Source: Bifidobacterium breve
GTDB lineage: Bacteria > Actinomycetota > Actinomycetes > Nanopelagicales > Nanopelagicaceae
Length of the DNA stretch: 64,000 nucleotides
Direction: 5' to 3'
Assembly (NCBI GenBank): GCA_945860245.1
Contig: CAMAPO010000005.1
Span: forward strand, 2,610 to 66,609
Every line of letters begins with the position of its first letter. Positions within the stretch are counted from its first letter, which is position 1. Shown here in pieces: positions 30,628-41,593 of the stretch. The notes below the pieces were generated by a model. It made no database searches. It was not told the origin of the DNA and was given only the letters and a program-made list of their open reading frames with translations. A program made the position numbers and the translations under genes.

Positions 30628-33225
30628 ATGGCCCAGAAGAGATTGCTCCTTATCGATGGCCATTCAATGGCATATCGAGCATTCTTCGCCCTTCCTGCAG
30701 AGAATTTCACAACCGCTCAAGGCCAGCACACCAATGCGATCTATGGTTTTGCCACAATGCTGATCTCCCTATTGAAAGATGAGAAGCCAACGCATGTGGC
30801 CGTTGCCTTTGATGTGTCTCGCAAAACTTTTCGCACCGACATCTTCCCTGATTACAAGGCCAATCGCGCCAAGACGCCCGATGAATTTCGTTCGCAGATG
30901 TCCTACTTAAATGACTTAGTCAAGGGTTTCGGGATCACTCAATTTGCCTTAGAAGGTTATGAAGCAGATGACATCATCGCAACAATTACTAAACAGGCAG
31001 AGCGTGAAGGTGCAGAAGTGCTTATCTGCACCGGTGACCGTGACAGTTTTCAATTGGTGACAGAGAGAACAACAGTGCTTTATCCAAAGCGTGGAGTATC
31101 TGAAATGGCGCGAATGACACCTGCGGCAGTCCAGGAGAAGTACGGAATGTCGCCAGATCAGTATCCAGATTTCGCGGCGCTGCGCGGTGACCCCAGCGAT
31201 AACTTACCTTCGGTCCCGGGTGTCGGTGAGAAGACTGCCGCCAAATGGATTGTGGAATTCGGATCCTTACAAGAGTTGATTGCTAACGTGGATAAAGTCG
31301 GAGGAAAAGTTGGTCAATCACTAAGGAATAACATCAATGATGTAATTCGCAACCGCGAACTTACCCAGTTGATTCACGATGCCCCTATCGAATATCAAGT
31401 AGATGCCTTGTCGTGGGCCGGAGTAGTTGAGTCCGACCTAACCAAGTTATTTGAGCAACTTGAGTTTAGAACTCTGAAGGATCGCCTGAAACCAATCCTC
31501 AACTCGGATTCGGTGCTTAAGAAGCAAGAAGCGTTAGAAGAATTTACGCTCTTCGCTCCAACGGTCAAAGGTGGCGTCCTAACGCCGGTCGAACTCGACG
31601 CGCGTATTGCAGAACATAAAGGTGAAATTGCAATTGCCTTTGAAATACGTGAAGAGAAATTGCATCGTTATGCCATCGCCTTCTCATCAACTGATGTTCA
31701 TTTGGTTCATTCATCACAGATGGGGGAGTGGGCTCGGGATGTAAAGATCCCGAAGATCGCCCACGATGCAAAGTCGCTGGCACGTGAAAACCTATTTGAT
31801 GGTGTTGTCTTTGATACCGCCTTGGCGGCTTATCTGGTAAATCCTGGAGTGCGGGCACAGAATTTAAGTGATCTGCTAGAACGGTGGGGAGATGGTGCAA
31901 CCATCGATGCATCCTCGCCTGAACAAGAGCTTTTAACTAGCGCAGCCGTTCTTTTTACTTTACGCAAATCTTTAGAGACCGAGATGCGCGAGCGTGGCGT
32001 CCTGCTGCTATTTACTGACCTTGAACTTCCTATAGCGCAACTCTTAGCAGTTATGGAAAATCGTGGAATTGCAGTTGATCGAAGAGAGCTTGAGAAGTTG
32101 GCAACATTTTTTGAAGGAGAAGTCGCACGCGAAACCAAGGCGGCACACCTTGCCGCGGGCCATGAATTTAATGTGGCATCGCCTAAGCAGCTGCAAGTTG
32201 TCCTATTTGATGAGCTAAACCTGCCCAAGACCAAGAAGATTAAAACTGGATTTACAACTGATGCCGAAGCACTCAGTTGGCTCTTTGAAAAAACTAAACA
32301 TCCCCTTTTGGAATCACTCTTAAGGATTCGCGAAACTAAGAAACTTGGCACAACCGTGGAAGGTTTGATTGCAGAAATTGGTCCTGATGGTCGAATCCGC
32401 ACCCACTTTGCACAAACTGTGGCAGCCACCGGTCGCTTATCTTCAGTCGGACCAAACCTACAAAATATTCCAGTGCGGACCGAGGAAGGTCGCAGTATCC
32501 GCAATACATTTATAGCGGGTGCTGGCTATACCTCTTTGCTAACTGCGGATTACAGCCAAATTGAAATGCGCATAATGGCGCATTTATCGAGCGATGCAGG
32601 CTTGCTTGCCGCCTTTGAAACTGGTGAAGATTTGCACGCCACAGTGGCAGCTTTAGTCTTTGGTGTCGCCGCAGTCGATGTTCATCCCGAGATGCGCCGC
32701 CAAATAAAGGCGATGTCATATGGATTGGCATATGGACTCAGCGCTTATGGGTTAGCTGTGCAGTTAGATCTCTCACCACCGGCGGCCCAAGAATTAATGG
32801 ATAAGTACTTCCTGCGCTTCGGTGGGATCCGTGACTACTTAAGTAGCGTTGTTGTTGAGGCGCGCAAAGTTGGTTACACCGAAACAGTGATGGGACGCCG
32901 TCGGTATCTGCCAGATTTGCTGCACGATAACCGCCAACGTCGCGAGATCGCCGAGCGCATGGCGCTAAACGCACCGATCCAGGGATCGGCTGCAGACATT
33001 ATTAAGCAGGCAATGCTCAATGTGCAGAGAGCGCTCAACGCAGAGAGACTGCAATCACGCCTGCTCTTACAGGTACACGATGAATTGATCCTGGAGGTGG
33101 TGGCTGGTGAGGAAGAGAGCCTTGCTGCGTTGGTGCGACGCGAAATGGCTGCGGCCTACCCGTTAAAGGCACCGTTAGATGTCAGCGTTGGAATCGGTAA
33201 GAGTTGGAACGAAGCTGCGCATTAA
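30628..33225 (+). CDS. polA: DNA polymerase I
   Basis: 5' nuclease IDGHSMAYRAF, EADD, GDPSDN; polymerase DYSQIEMR, KAMSYGLAYG, QVHDEL; degenerate 3'-5' exonuclease region; TAGGAT-N6-ATG promoter at 30616-30621. Confidence 0.98.
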   Translation: MAQKRLLLIDGHSMAYRAFFALPAENFTTAQGQHTNAIYGFATMLISLLKDEKPTHVAVAFDVSRKTFRTDIFPDYKANRAKTPDEFRSQMSYLNDLVKGFGITQFALEGYEADDIIATITKQAEREGAEVLICTGDRDSFQLVTERTTVLYPKRGVSEMARMTPAAVQEKYGMSPDQYPDFAALRGDPSDNLPSVPGVGEKTAAKWIVEFGSLQELIANVDKVGGKVGQSLRNNINDVIRNRELTQLIHDAPIEYQVDALSWAGVVESDLTKLFEQLEFRTLKDRLKPILNSDSVLKKQEALEEFTLFAPTVKGGVLTPVELDARIAEHKGEIAIAFEIREEKLHRYAIAFSSTDVHLVHSSQMGEWARDVKIPKIAHDAKSLARENLFDGVVFDTALAAYLVNPGVRAQNLSDLLERWGDGATIDASSPEQELLTSAAVLFTLRKSLETEMRERGVLLLFTDLELPIAQLLAVMENRGIAVDRRELEKLATFFEGEVARETKAAHLAAGHEFNVASPKQLQVVLFDELNLPKTKKIKTGFTTDAEALSWLFEKTKHPLLESLLRIRETKKLGTTVEGLIAEIGPDGRIRTHFAQTVAATGRLSSVGPNLQNIPVRTEEGRSIRNTFIAGAGYTSLLTADYSQIEMRIMAHLSSDAGLLAAFETGEDLHATVAALVFGVAAVDVHPEMRRQIKAMSYGLAYGLSAYGLAVQLDLSPPAAQELMDKYFLRFGGIRDYLSSVVVEARKVGYTETVMGRRRYLPDLLHDNRQRREIAERMALNAPIQGSAADIIKQAMLNVQRALNAERLQSRLLLQVHDELILEVVAGEEESLAALVRREMAAAYPLKAPLDVSVGIGKSWNEAAH

Positions 33226-33243
33226 AAATATTTACGCTTGTAA

Positions 33244-34470
33244 CTATTTGATTGTTGGTGAATTATCAGCCATCGCAGCTAAATCTTCTTCATCTGTCGG
33301 TAAATCATTGGCTGCAGAGAGTCGACCTCTTCCGATTGAGAGAATTGTGTACCCAATAAAAATCATGACTGGAAGCATGGCCAGACCAAAGCGCGGTGAA
33401 AAATGTTCTGAGACAACCCCACCAACAGCAGCGCCGATCGCCATAAATGATCCTTCAACGCTCCAGATCCAACCGAGTGAAGATGTCTGCGCACCTTGAG
33501 GGCGCACTGCTTCGAGAACTTCAAAGTAAAAGACCTGAACTGCTCCACCAAGAAAACCAATGGATGCTCCGACGAGGGCCATAGTCCAATCTGGATAGGT
33601 AAATACAATTGGAAAACAAGCAATTGCCCAGAGAAGATAGGCTCGACGCAGCGCTGATAGTGGAGCTAATTTCTTTGAGACTAGCCCGCCAAGTAATCCG
33701 CCAATCACCGTAGCAACGCCAAAGGAGGCAAAGATCCAAGCTACACGATGTGGAACATTTTCTTGAGTTGCAAAGGCAGGAACTGCAACATCAAATACAC
33801 CCCAGCCAAATCCAATAAAACAACCTTCAAACATCAATAGTTGTATAGCTCGATTCTTAATCAGACTTCCCTGCCCTTTCGCTTTCTTCTCAGGTATCCA
33901 ATCTCGTGAGACACGGGTTAGCGCAAGCGCGATTCCACCAGTGAACATCAGGGCGGCAACTACATCTAGCGCTAGATACGGACGGGAAGAGAGAGCCAAG
34001 GTGGTAACGATAATTGGACCAATCGCCGATGTTGAACTCATCATTGCAGAGTCAAAGGCATACGCCGTCCGCAAATATGTGGCGGGAACAATATCTTTCC
34101 AAAGTGGTCTAACTGAGAGATTAATTGGGGGAGCGGTAATACCCAGAATAAATGCTGCTATCAGAATTGATCGCGCACTCTGCATTTGATTAAGAGTCAA
34201 AATTAAAATGGCGTAACTAGGAACAAGAATCCGCAGAGGCCACTTTTGTCCCCAGCGATCAATTACCGAACCTCTAGCGCCGGCGGTTACTGCGCCAGCT
34301 ACCGAATTTAAACCGATGGCAAAACCAGCGATAGCGAAGGAATCTGTGCTTTGCTCAGCTTTAAAGAAAATTCCAAGGCCAATCATTCCGTAGGCCAATC
34401 GTGCAGGAAACGCTGCAATACCAAGTGAGACCACTTGGGGAAATGAAAACAATTCCCGATAACGGTTCAT
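33244..34470 (-). CDS. MFS transporter
   Basis: About 12 hydrophobic segments, motif-A-like GSVIDRWG; TAAACT-N7-ATG upstream. Confidence 0.85.
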   Translation of the reverse strand: MNRYRELFSFPQVVSLGIAAFPARLAYGMIGLGIFFKAEQSTDSFAIAGFAIGLNSVAGAVTAGARGSVIDRWGQKWPLRILVPSYAILILTLNQMQSARSILIAAFILGITAPPINLSVRPLWKDIVPATYLRTAYAFDSAMMSSTSAIGPIIVTTLALSSRPYLALDVVAALMFTGGIALALTRVSRDWIPEKKAKGQGSLIKNRAIQLLMFEGCFIGFGWGVFDVAVPAFATQENVPHRVAWIFASFGVATVIGGLLGGLVSKKLAPLSALRRAYLLWAIACFPIVFTYPDWTMALVGASIGFLGGAVQVFYFEVLEAVRPQGAQTSSLGWIWSVEGSFMAIGAAVGGVVSEHFSPRFGLAMLPVMIFIGYTILSIGRGRLSAANDLPTDEEDLAAMADNSPTIK

Positions 34471-34592
34471 TTTCGGAAGTTTACGCCTATTTCTTATCAG
34501 GATTTGCCCTTAACGAGACTAAAACCGTACGCTTACGCCCGTTCACCAGAATGGTTCTGGAGTCCTATTACTTTCTATCCCTACGGAGCAAC

Positions 34593-35960
34593 TTGAGCAC
34601 ATCATCACCAGTCGTAGCAGTAAACGACATCGGATCGGCCGCAGATTTTCTTGCAGCAATTGAAGGCACAATCAGAAATTTCAATGACGGCGACCTCGTC
34701 GAAGGAACCGTTGTACAAGTAGATCGCGAAGAAGTACTTCTTGATATCGGGTACAAAACTGAAGGTGTAATACCTTCCCGCGAACTTTCAATTCGCCACG
34801 ATGCAGACCCAAATGACATTGTGAAGGTAGGCGATCGCATTGAAGCGCTCGTTCTACAGAAAGAAGATAAAGAAGGCCGCACTATTCTTTCAAAGAAGCG
34901 TGCACAGTACGAGCGCGCCTGGGGAGATATTGAAGGCAAGAAAGAGCGCGACGAAGTTGTCGTCGGAACAGTTATTGAAGTTGTTAAGGGCGGCTTGATC
35001 GTTGATATCGGTCTTCGCGGCTTCTTGCCAGCATCACTTGTTGAAATGCGTCGCGTCCGCGATCTAACACCTTACATCGGTAAGGAAGTTGAAGCTCGTA
35101 TTATCGAACTCGATAAGAACCGCAACAACGTTGTTCTATCTCGTCGCGCGTTCCTTGAGCAGACTCAATCTGAGTCACGCACGACATTCTTGAACCAGTT
35201 GCAAAAGGGTCAGGTTCGCACTGGTGTAATTTCATCAATCGTAAACTTCGGTGCATTCGTTGACCTTGGTGGCGTTGATGGTCTTGTACACGTCTCTGAA
35301 CTTTCTTGGAAGCACATCGATCATCCAGGCGAAGTTGTTGAAGTCGGCGATGAAGTAACCGTTGAAGTTCTCGAAGTTGATTTTGAGCGCGAACGTGTTT
35401 CACTCTCTCTTAAGGCGACTCAAGAAGATCCATGGCAGGCATTTGCCCGCACCCACACAATCAATCAGGTTGTTCCAGGCGTTGTTACAAAGCTGGTTCC
35501 ATTCGGTGCATTTATTCGTGTTCACGAAGGCATCGAAGGCTTAGTTCATATCTCTGAACTCGCTGAACGTCACGTTGAAATTCCAGAGCAGGTAGTTGCA
35601 GTAGATGACAAACTATTTGTGAAGATCATCGATATCGATCTCGAGCGTCGCCGCATCTCACTATCACTTAAGCAAGCTAATGAAGGACATGAAGTGGAGA
35701 TCGAAGCATTCGATCCGACTCAATACGGAATGGCTGCTCGTTACGATGCTGCTGGAAACTTCATCTACCCAGAAGGTTTTGATCCTGATACACAGGAATG
35801 GAAGCCCGGCTTTGATTCACAACGCGAAGAATGGGAACGTCAGTACCAAGAGGCACAGACTCGCTTCCTAGCGCACAAGAAGCAGAAGGCTGAAGCAAAG
35901 GCTGCTGATGCTGCTGCACCTGCTGCGGAAGAAGTTGTCGCTGAAGTCGCTGCTGAATAA
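34593..35960 (+). CDS. rpsA: 30S ribosomal protein S1
   Basis: Four S1 repeats (DIGYKTEG, DIGLRGF, FGAFVDLGGVDGLVHVSELSW, FGAFIRV); start TTG 34593 after CGGAG. Confidence 0.97.
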   Translation: MSTSSPVVAVNDIGSAADFLAAIEGTIRNFNDGDLVEGTVVQVDREEVLLDIGYKTEGVIPSRELSIRHDADPNDIVKVGDRIEALVLQKEDKEGRTILSKKRAQYERAWGDIEGKKERDEVVVGTVIEVVKGGLIVDIGLRGFLPASLVEMRRVRDLTPYIGKEVEARIIELDKNRNNVVLSRRAFLEQTQSESRTTFLNQLQKGQVRTGVISSIVNFGAFVDLGGVDGLVHVSELSWKHIDHPGEVVEVGDEVTVEVLEVDFERERVSLSLKATQEDPWQAFARTHTINQVVPGVVTKLVPFGAFIRVHEGIEGLVHISELAERHVEIPEQVVAVDDKLFVKIIDIDLERRRISLSLKQANEGHEVEIEAFDPTQYGMAARYDAAGNFIYPEGFDPDTQEWKPGFDSQREEWERQYQEAQTRFLAHKKQKAEAKAADAAAPAAEEVVAEVAAE

Positions 35961-35971
35961 AAAAAAGGCAT

Positions 35972-36007
35972 TAAGAAAAGGCTCACCTACGGGTGGGCCT
36001 TTTCTTA
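35972..36007 (+). terminator. Intrinsic (likely bidirectional) terminator after rpsA
   Basis: 16-bp stem TAAGAAAAGGCTCACC/GGTGGGCCTTTTCTTA closed by a C(UACG)G tetraloop. Confidence 0.88.
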
Positions 36008-36044
36008 TCCTCACAGATATCACCCGCGAGGTAGAGTTGGAGTT

Positions 36045-36635
36045 ATGTTGATCGTCGCACTTACAGGAGGGATAGGCGCTGGTAAATCTTTGGTAGCGCA
36101 ATATTTCTCTGATCTCGGTGCGCGTGTAATTGACGCTGATCAGCTCGCCCGAGTTGCGATCGAACGCGGCAGCACTGGATTTGATGAAGTAGTTCTGCGC
36201 TTTGGTGAAAAGATTCTGCGCGATGGAGATATTGATCGTAAGGCGTTGGCTGAGATTATCTTCTCGGATTCGCAAGCGAAAGTAGATTTAGAAGCAATTG
36301 TCCATCCACGCATACGCGAACTCTTTGCCGAAGTTGTATTAGATCTACAACCTGAGGAAATCCTCATCTATGAGATTCCACTTCTGGCAGAGACAGGCTC
36401 CGCTAAGAATTTTGATTTAATTATTACCGTTGAGGCGGAGTTAGAAATTCGCAAAGAACGACTTCGTAAACGCGGGATGTTTATATCCGAAATCGAACGA
36501 AGAATTGCCAATCAGGCTGGCCGCGAAGAGCGAGAAGCGCTGGCTGATTATGTGATTATCAATGATGGAGATGAAGATCAGTTGCTGCGCGCTGTGGAAA
36601 ACCTCTGGGAGGAAATACCGAGCCGAGCGAAGTAG
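36045..36635 (+). CDS. coaE: Dephospho-CoA kinase
   Basis: LTGGIGAGKS, IDADQLAR, IDRKALA, IVHP, EIPLLAE. Confidence 0.96.
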   Translation: MLIVALTGGIGAGKSLVAQYFSDLGARVIDADQLARVAIERGSTGFDEVVLRFGEKILRDGDIDRKALAEIIFSDSQAKVDLEAIVHPRIRELFAEVVLDLQPEEILIYEIPLLAETGSAKNFDLIITVEAELEIRKERLRKRGMFISEIERRIANQAGREEREALADYVIINDGDEDQLLRAVENLWEEIPSRAK

Positions 36636-36638
36636 GCT
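36633..36638 (+). promoter_or_regulatory. -10 box (TAGGCT) built on the coaE stop codon; probable leaderless uvrB promoter
   Basis: TAG + GCT, 6 nt, ATG 36645. Confidence 0.5.
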
Positions 36639-36644
36639 AGGAAA

Positions 36645-38726
36645 ATGCGCCCGATCTCTGACCTGCAACGCAAGGTCGAACCCTTTCAGGTTATTAGCGA
36701 TTATGTGCCTGCCGGAGATCAGCCACAAGCAATTGAAGAGATAGCGCGCAGGATTGATACTGGAGTTGAAGATGTAGTTCTACTAGGAGCAACAGGTACC
36801 GGAAAATCGGCAACCACCGCTTGGTTGATCGAGCGCTTACAGAGACCGACGTTAGTTTTAGCTCCAAATAAGACTTTAGCTGCACAGTTAGCAAATGAGT
36901 TTCGCGAACTCTTGCCAAATAACGCAGTTGAATACTTTGTCTCATATTACGACTATTACCAACCCGAGGCATATGTTCCACAGACCGATACCTTCATTGA
37001 GAAAGATTCCAGCGTCAACGATGAGGTCGAGCGGCTACGGCACTCGGCTACTAATTCATTATTGACGCGTCGAGATGTGATTGTAGTTGCGACAGTCTCT
37101 TGTATTTATGGACTTGGAACACCCCAGGAATATATCGATCGCATGATTCGCCTGAAGGTGGGCGATGAGATCGAGCGCAATAAGTTGCTGCGTAAATTTG
37201 TAGACGTGCAATACCAGAGAAACGATATGGCCTTCGAGCGGGGTACTTTCCGAGTTCGTGGCGACACAATTGAGATTATCCCGATGTATGAAGAACTGGC
37301 GATCCGGATCGAAATGTTTGGTGATGAGATCGAGAAGATTATGACGCTGCACCCGCTGACCGGTGAGATTCTGCGCGATGAGACTGAAATCTATATTTTT
37401 CCAGCCACTCACTACGCCGCTGGCCCCGAGACAATGAAGCGGGCGATGGGGGAGATCCAAGATGAGTTGCAGATTCAGCTCAACTTATTTGAAAAACAGG
37501 GCAAGCTCCTAGAAGCGCAACGTTTAAAGATGCGTACGACTTTTGATCTGGAGATGATGGAGCAACTCGGTTTCTGCTCAGGTATCGAGAATTACTCAAG
37601 GCATTTAGATGGACGTGCACCAGGCTCTGCACCGAACTGTTTACTAGATTATTTTCCGGAAGATTTCCTATTAGTTATCGATGAGAGCCACGTGACTGTT
37701 CCGCAGATCGGTGCGATGTTTGAAGGCGATGCCTCCCGTAAACGCACACTGGTCGAGCACGGTTTCCGCCTTCCGAGTGCGATGGATAACCGCCCGCTGA
37801 AATGGCCCGAATTTTTGGATCGCGTGGGCCAGAAGTTATTCCTTTCCGCCACCCCCGGTAAGTACGAGATGGCGAAAGTTGAAGGCAATGTAGTTGAACA
37901 AGTGATCCGCCCAACTGGCCTGGTAGATCCAGCGATCATTATCAAACCGATAAAAGGTCAGATCGATGATCTCTTAAATGAGATAAATATCCGTGCGGAA
38001 AAGAACGAAAGAGTCTTGGTTACAACCCTGACAAAGAAGATGTCTGAAGATCTAACAGATTATCTGCAAGAACGCGGAGTTCGGGTGCGCTACCTACATT
38101 CGGAAGTCGACACCTTACGACGAGTTGAATTATTACGCGAGCTACGTACTGGCGAATACGATGTCTTAATTGGTATCAATTTACTACGCGAAGGTCTGGA
38201 CTTACCTGAAGTTTCACTGGTTGCGATATTAGACGCTGATAAAGAAGGATTCTTGCGCTCTTCAACCTCGTTAATTCAAACGATCGGACGTGCCGCGCGA
38301 AATGTCTCGGGTGAAGTTCATATGTACGCCGATAATATTACTAAGTCAATGGCCCAGGCGATTGATGAAACCAATCGTCGCCGTGCAAAGCAAGTTTCTT
38401 ATAATTTAGAACGTGGTGTAGATCCACAACCACTTCGCAAGAAGATCGCCGATATTACTGATCAGATTAACCGTGAAAGCGAAGATACCGAAGCGCTCCT
38501 AGCTCACGAAAAGGGTGGATCTAAGAAGATCGTTTCAACATCCGGTATTTACGACAAATCTTCGGCATCCCTGCCGCGCAAGGATTTGATCGCATTGATA
38601 GGCTCGCTCACCGATCAGATGCGCAATGCTGCAGCTGAACTTCAATTCGAGGTCGCTGCGCGTTTGCGTGATGAGATCAAATTGTTGAAGAAAGAGTTAA
38701 GAATGATGGAAGAGGCCGGGGTTTGA
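36645..38726 (+). CDS. uvrB: Excinuclease ABC subunit B
   Basis: [48 protein letters not shown]. Confidence 0.98.
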   Translation: MRPISDLQRKVEPFQVISDYVPAGDQPQAIEEIARRIDTGVEDVVLLGATGTGKSATTAWLIERLQRPTLVLAPNKTLAAQLANEFRELLPNNAVEYFVSYYDYYQPEAYVPQTDTFIEKDSSVNDEVERLRHSATNSLLTRRDVIVVATVSCIYGLGTPQEYIDRMIRLKVGDEIERNKLLRKFVDVQYQRNDMAFERGTFRVRGDTIEIIPMYEELAIRIEMFGDEIEKIMTLHPLTGEILRDETEIYIFPATHYAAGPETMKRAMGEIQDELQIQLNLFEKQGKLLEAQRLKMRTTFDLEMMEQLGFCSGIENYSRHLDGRAPGSAPNCLLDYFPEDFLLVIDESHVTVPQIGAMFEGDASRKRTLVEHGFRLPSAMDNRPLKWPEFLDRVGQKLFLSATPGKYEMAKVEGNVVEQVIRPTGLVDPAIIIKPIKGQIDDLLNEINIRAEKNERVLVTTLTKKMSEDLTDYLQERGVRVRYLHSEVDTLRRVELLRELRTGEYDVLIGINLLREGLDLPEVSLVAILDADKEGFLRSSTSLIQTIGRAARNVSGEVHMYADNITKSMAQAIDETNRRRAKQVSYNLERGVDPQPLRKKIADITDQINRESEDTEALLAHEKGGSKKIVSTSGIYDKSSASLPRKDLIALIGSLTDQMRNAAAELQFEVAARLRDEIKLLKKELRMMEEAGV

Positions 38727-41593
38727 GCATAGATAAATTGGTTGTGCGCGGAGCACGCGAACATAACCTAAAAAATGTCTCCATCGAACTTCCTCGCGAT
38801 GCGCTAGTCGTTTTCACTGGGCTATCTGGTTCTGGAAAATCTTCGCTCGCTTTCGACACAATCTTTGCTGAAGGACAGCGCCGCTACGTTGAATCACTTT
38901 CTGCCTACGCACGTCAATTCTTGGGACAGATGGATAAACCAGATGTTGATTTCATTGAAGGCTTGTCACCTGCAGTCTCAATTGATCAGAAATCTACAAA
39001 TCGAAATCCACGATCGACCGTTGGAACCATAACTGAGGTCTATGACTATTTACGCCTTCTATTTGCGCGTGCTGGACGACCGCATTGCCCAAATTGTGGC
39101 AAGGCCGTGACTCGTCAATCACCACAGCAAATAGTGGATCAAATCCTCGACCTTCCTTCAACTACTAAGTTTCAGATTTTGGCTCCAGTAATCCGTGCAC
39201 GTAAGGGCGAGTTTGTAGAACTCTTCACCGACTTGGTTACACAGGGATATTCGCGGGCAAGGGTTGATGGCGAAGTAATTCAACTCTCCGATGCGCCAAA
39301 GTTAAAAAAGCAGGAGAGGCACACGATTGAAGTTGTTGTTGATCGTTTAACCGCAAAAGCCGAAAGCAAAACACGTTTAACAGATTCGATTGAAACCGCT
39401 CTTCGCCTTGCCTCCGGAATTGTTGTGTTGGATTTTGTCGATGCAAAAGGAGTAGATAAAGAACGCACCTACAGTGAACACCTGGCTTGCCACGATTGCG
39501 AGCTCTCTTTTGAAGAATTAGAACCGCGCTCTTTCTCATTTAACTCACCGTTTGGCGCATGTGAGGAGTGTTCAGGAATTGGTACTAAAAAAGAGGTTGA
39601 TCTAGATCTAATTATTCCTGATGACTCAATCTCAATTAATGATGGGGCGATTGCGCCGTGGTCTGGTGGTCAATCAGCAGATTACTTCCTGCGCTTACTA
39701 GAAGCTCTCGCTAAGGATCTGCCATTTTCGCTTGATATTCCGTGGAAGAAGATCTCAGTTAAAGCCCGCGAAGCAATCCTTAATGGGTATGAATACGAAA
39801 TTAAGATGAAGTACAAGGGTCGCTACGGGGCACGTAATTACACAACTGGTTTTGAAGGCGTCATTCCCTTTATCCACCGCCGTCACGAAGAGACAGATAG
39901 CGATTACAGCCGTGATAAGTATGAGGCATATATGCGCGAGATCTCTTGCGAGAAGTGCAATGGGGCGCGGTTAAAGCCGGAAGTTCTTGCCGTAACAATT
40001 GGAGATAAAAACATCTCCGCAATATGCGAACTATCAATTGCGGACTGTGCCGCCTTCTTAAATCAGATCAAACTAAATAAGCGTGAAGCCCAGATAGCTG
40101 AGCGCGTAATGAAAGAGGTTCATGCTCGCCTAGGGTTCTTATTAGATGTCGGCCTTGATTATTTATCGCTGGCTCGCCCTGCCGGTTCACTATCTGGTGG
40201 TGAAGCCCAGCGCATTCGCCTTGCTACTCAGATCGGCAGTGGCTTGGTCGGTGTTCTCTACGTACTGGATGAGCCTTCCATTGGCCTGCATCAACGTGAT
40301 AATAAAAGGTTAATAGAGACGTTGACTCGTCTGCGCAATCTAGGGAACACGCTAATTGTTGTGGAACACGATGAAGAAACTATTCGCGCCGCAGATTGGA
40401 TTGTTGATATTGGACCTGGTGCGGGCGAGCATGGTGGCAAGGTCGTTGTCTCAGGAAGTTATGAAGATTTAATCGCATCCAAAGAGTCAATCACTGGCGC
40501 ATATCTATCAGGGCGTAAATCTATTTCCATCCCAAAGCACCGCCGCGCAGTTGATCCAAAGCGCAAGCTTGTTGTCAAGGGCGCTAAGGAGAACAATCTT
40601 AAAGATATCGAAGTTGAAGTTCCCTTGGGAGTCTTTGTCTCCGTCACGGGCGTTAGTGGTTCAGGTAAATCGACGCTTATCAACGATATTTTATATACGA
40701 CTCTGGCTAATAAATTGAATGGGGCACGTTTAGTACCTGGACGCCACCGCACTATTACGGGAATTGAGTTATTAGACAAAGTTGTTCACGTCGACCAATC
40801 TCCAATTGGACGTACGCCACGCTCCAATCCAGCTACATATACAGGTGTATTCGACAAGATCCGCGCTCTCTTCGCCGAAACAACTGAAGCAAAGATCCGT
40901 GGATACCAACAAGGTCGTTTCTCATTTAATGTCAAGGGCGGGCGCTGTGAAAACTGTTCTGGCGACGGCACGATCACAATTGAGATGAACTTCTTACCTG
41001 ATGTTTATGTACCTTGTGAAGTGTGCCATGGCGCGCGGTATAACCGCGAAACCCTAGAAGTCCATTACAAGAGTAAGACGATCGCCGAGGTTCTCAATAT
41101 GCCTATCGAAGAAGCAAGCAGCTTCTTTGAATCAGTACCCGCTATTGCACGCTACTTAAAGACGCTCAGTGATGTCGGCCTTGGATATGTTCGATTAGGC
41201 CAATCGGCACCAACTCTGTCAGGTGGTGAGGCACAGCGAGTAAAGCTGGCTACCGAACTGCAACGTAGATCAACGGGTCGCACCATTTATGTCCTGGATG
41301 AGCCAACGACAGGGCTGCACTTTGAAGATGTAAATAAGTTATTAACGGTTCTGAACCGCCTGGTAGATACCGGAAACACAGTTGTCGTCATCGAACATAA
41401 CCTTGATGTTATTAAGTCTTCCGACTGGGTTATCGATATGGGGCCAGAAGGTGGCTTTCGTGGTGGGAGAGTTATCGCAGAGGGAACGCCAGAACATGTA
41501 GCAATGGTTAAGGAGAGTTACACCGGCCATTACTTAGGGGAGATTTTAGTGAGCAATCGGGCTCCCGCAAAGAAAAAAGCTGCCGTGAGATAG
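38723..41593 (+). CDS. uvrA: Excinuclease ABC subunit A
   Basis: [23 protein letters not shown], two LSGGEAQR signatures, Zn fingers. Confidence 0.98.
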   Translation: MSIDKLVVRGAREHNLKNVSIELPRDALVVFTGLSGSGKSSLAFDTIFAEGQRRYVESLSAYARQFLGQMDKPDVDFIEGLSPAVSIDQKSTNRNPRSTVGTITEVYDYLRLLFARAGRPHCPNCGKAVTRQSPQQIVDQILDLPSTTKFQILAPVIRARKGEFVELFTDLVTQGYSRARVDGEVIQLSDAPKLKKQERHTIEVVVDRLTAKAESKTRLTDSIETALRLASGIVVLDFVDAKGVDKERTYSEHLACHDCELSFEELEPRSFSFNSPFGACEECSGIGTKKEVDLDLIIPDDSISINDGAIAPWSGGQSADYFLRLLEALAKDLPFSLDIPWKKISVKAREAILNGYEYEIKMKYKGRYGARNYTTGFEGVIPFIHRRHEETDSDYSRDKYEAYMREISCEKCNGARLKPEVLAVTIGDKNISAICELSIADCAAFLNQIKLNKREAQIAERVMKEVHARLGFLLDVGLDYLSLARPAGSLSGGEAQRIRLATQIGSGLVGVLYVLDEPSIGLHQRDNKRLIETLTRLRNLGNTLIVVEHDEETIRAADWIVDIGPGAGEHGGKVVVSGSYEDLIASKESITGAYLSGRKSISIPKHRRAVDPKRKLVVKGAKENNLKDIEVEVPLGVFVSVTGVSGSGKSTLINDILYTTLANKLNGARLVPGRHRTITGIELLDKVVHVDQSPIGRTPRSNPATYTGVFDKIRALFAETTEAKIRGYQQGRFSFNVKGGRCENCSGDGTITIEMNFLPDVYVPCEVCHGARYNRETLEVHYKSKTIAEVLNMPIEEASSFFESVPAIARYLKTLSDVGLGYVRLGQSAPTLSGGEAQRVKLATELQRRSTGRTIYVLDEPTTGLHFEDVNKLLTVLNRLVDTGNTVVVIEHNLDVIKSSDWVIDMGPEGGFRGGRVIAEGTPEHVAMVKESYTGHYLGEILVSNRAPAKKKAAVR

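Noticed and set aside
31830-32504. 224-aa antisense ORF in polA and the many other nested or antisense ORFs in the track
   Set aside because: Fully inside well-supported genes with non-protein-like composition; expected from codon bias
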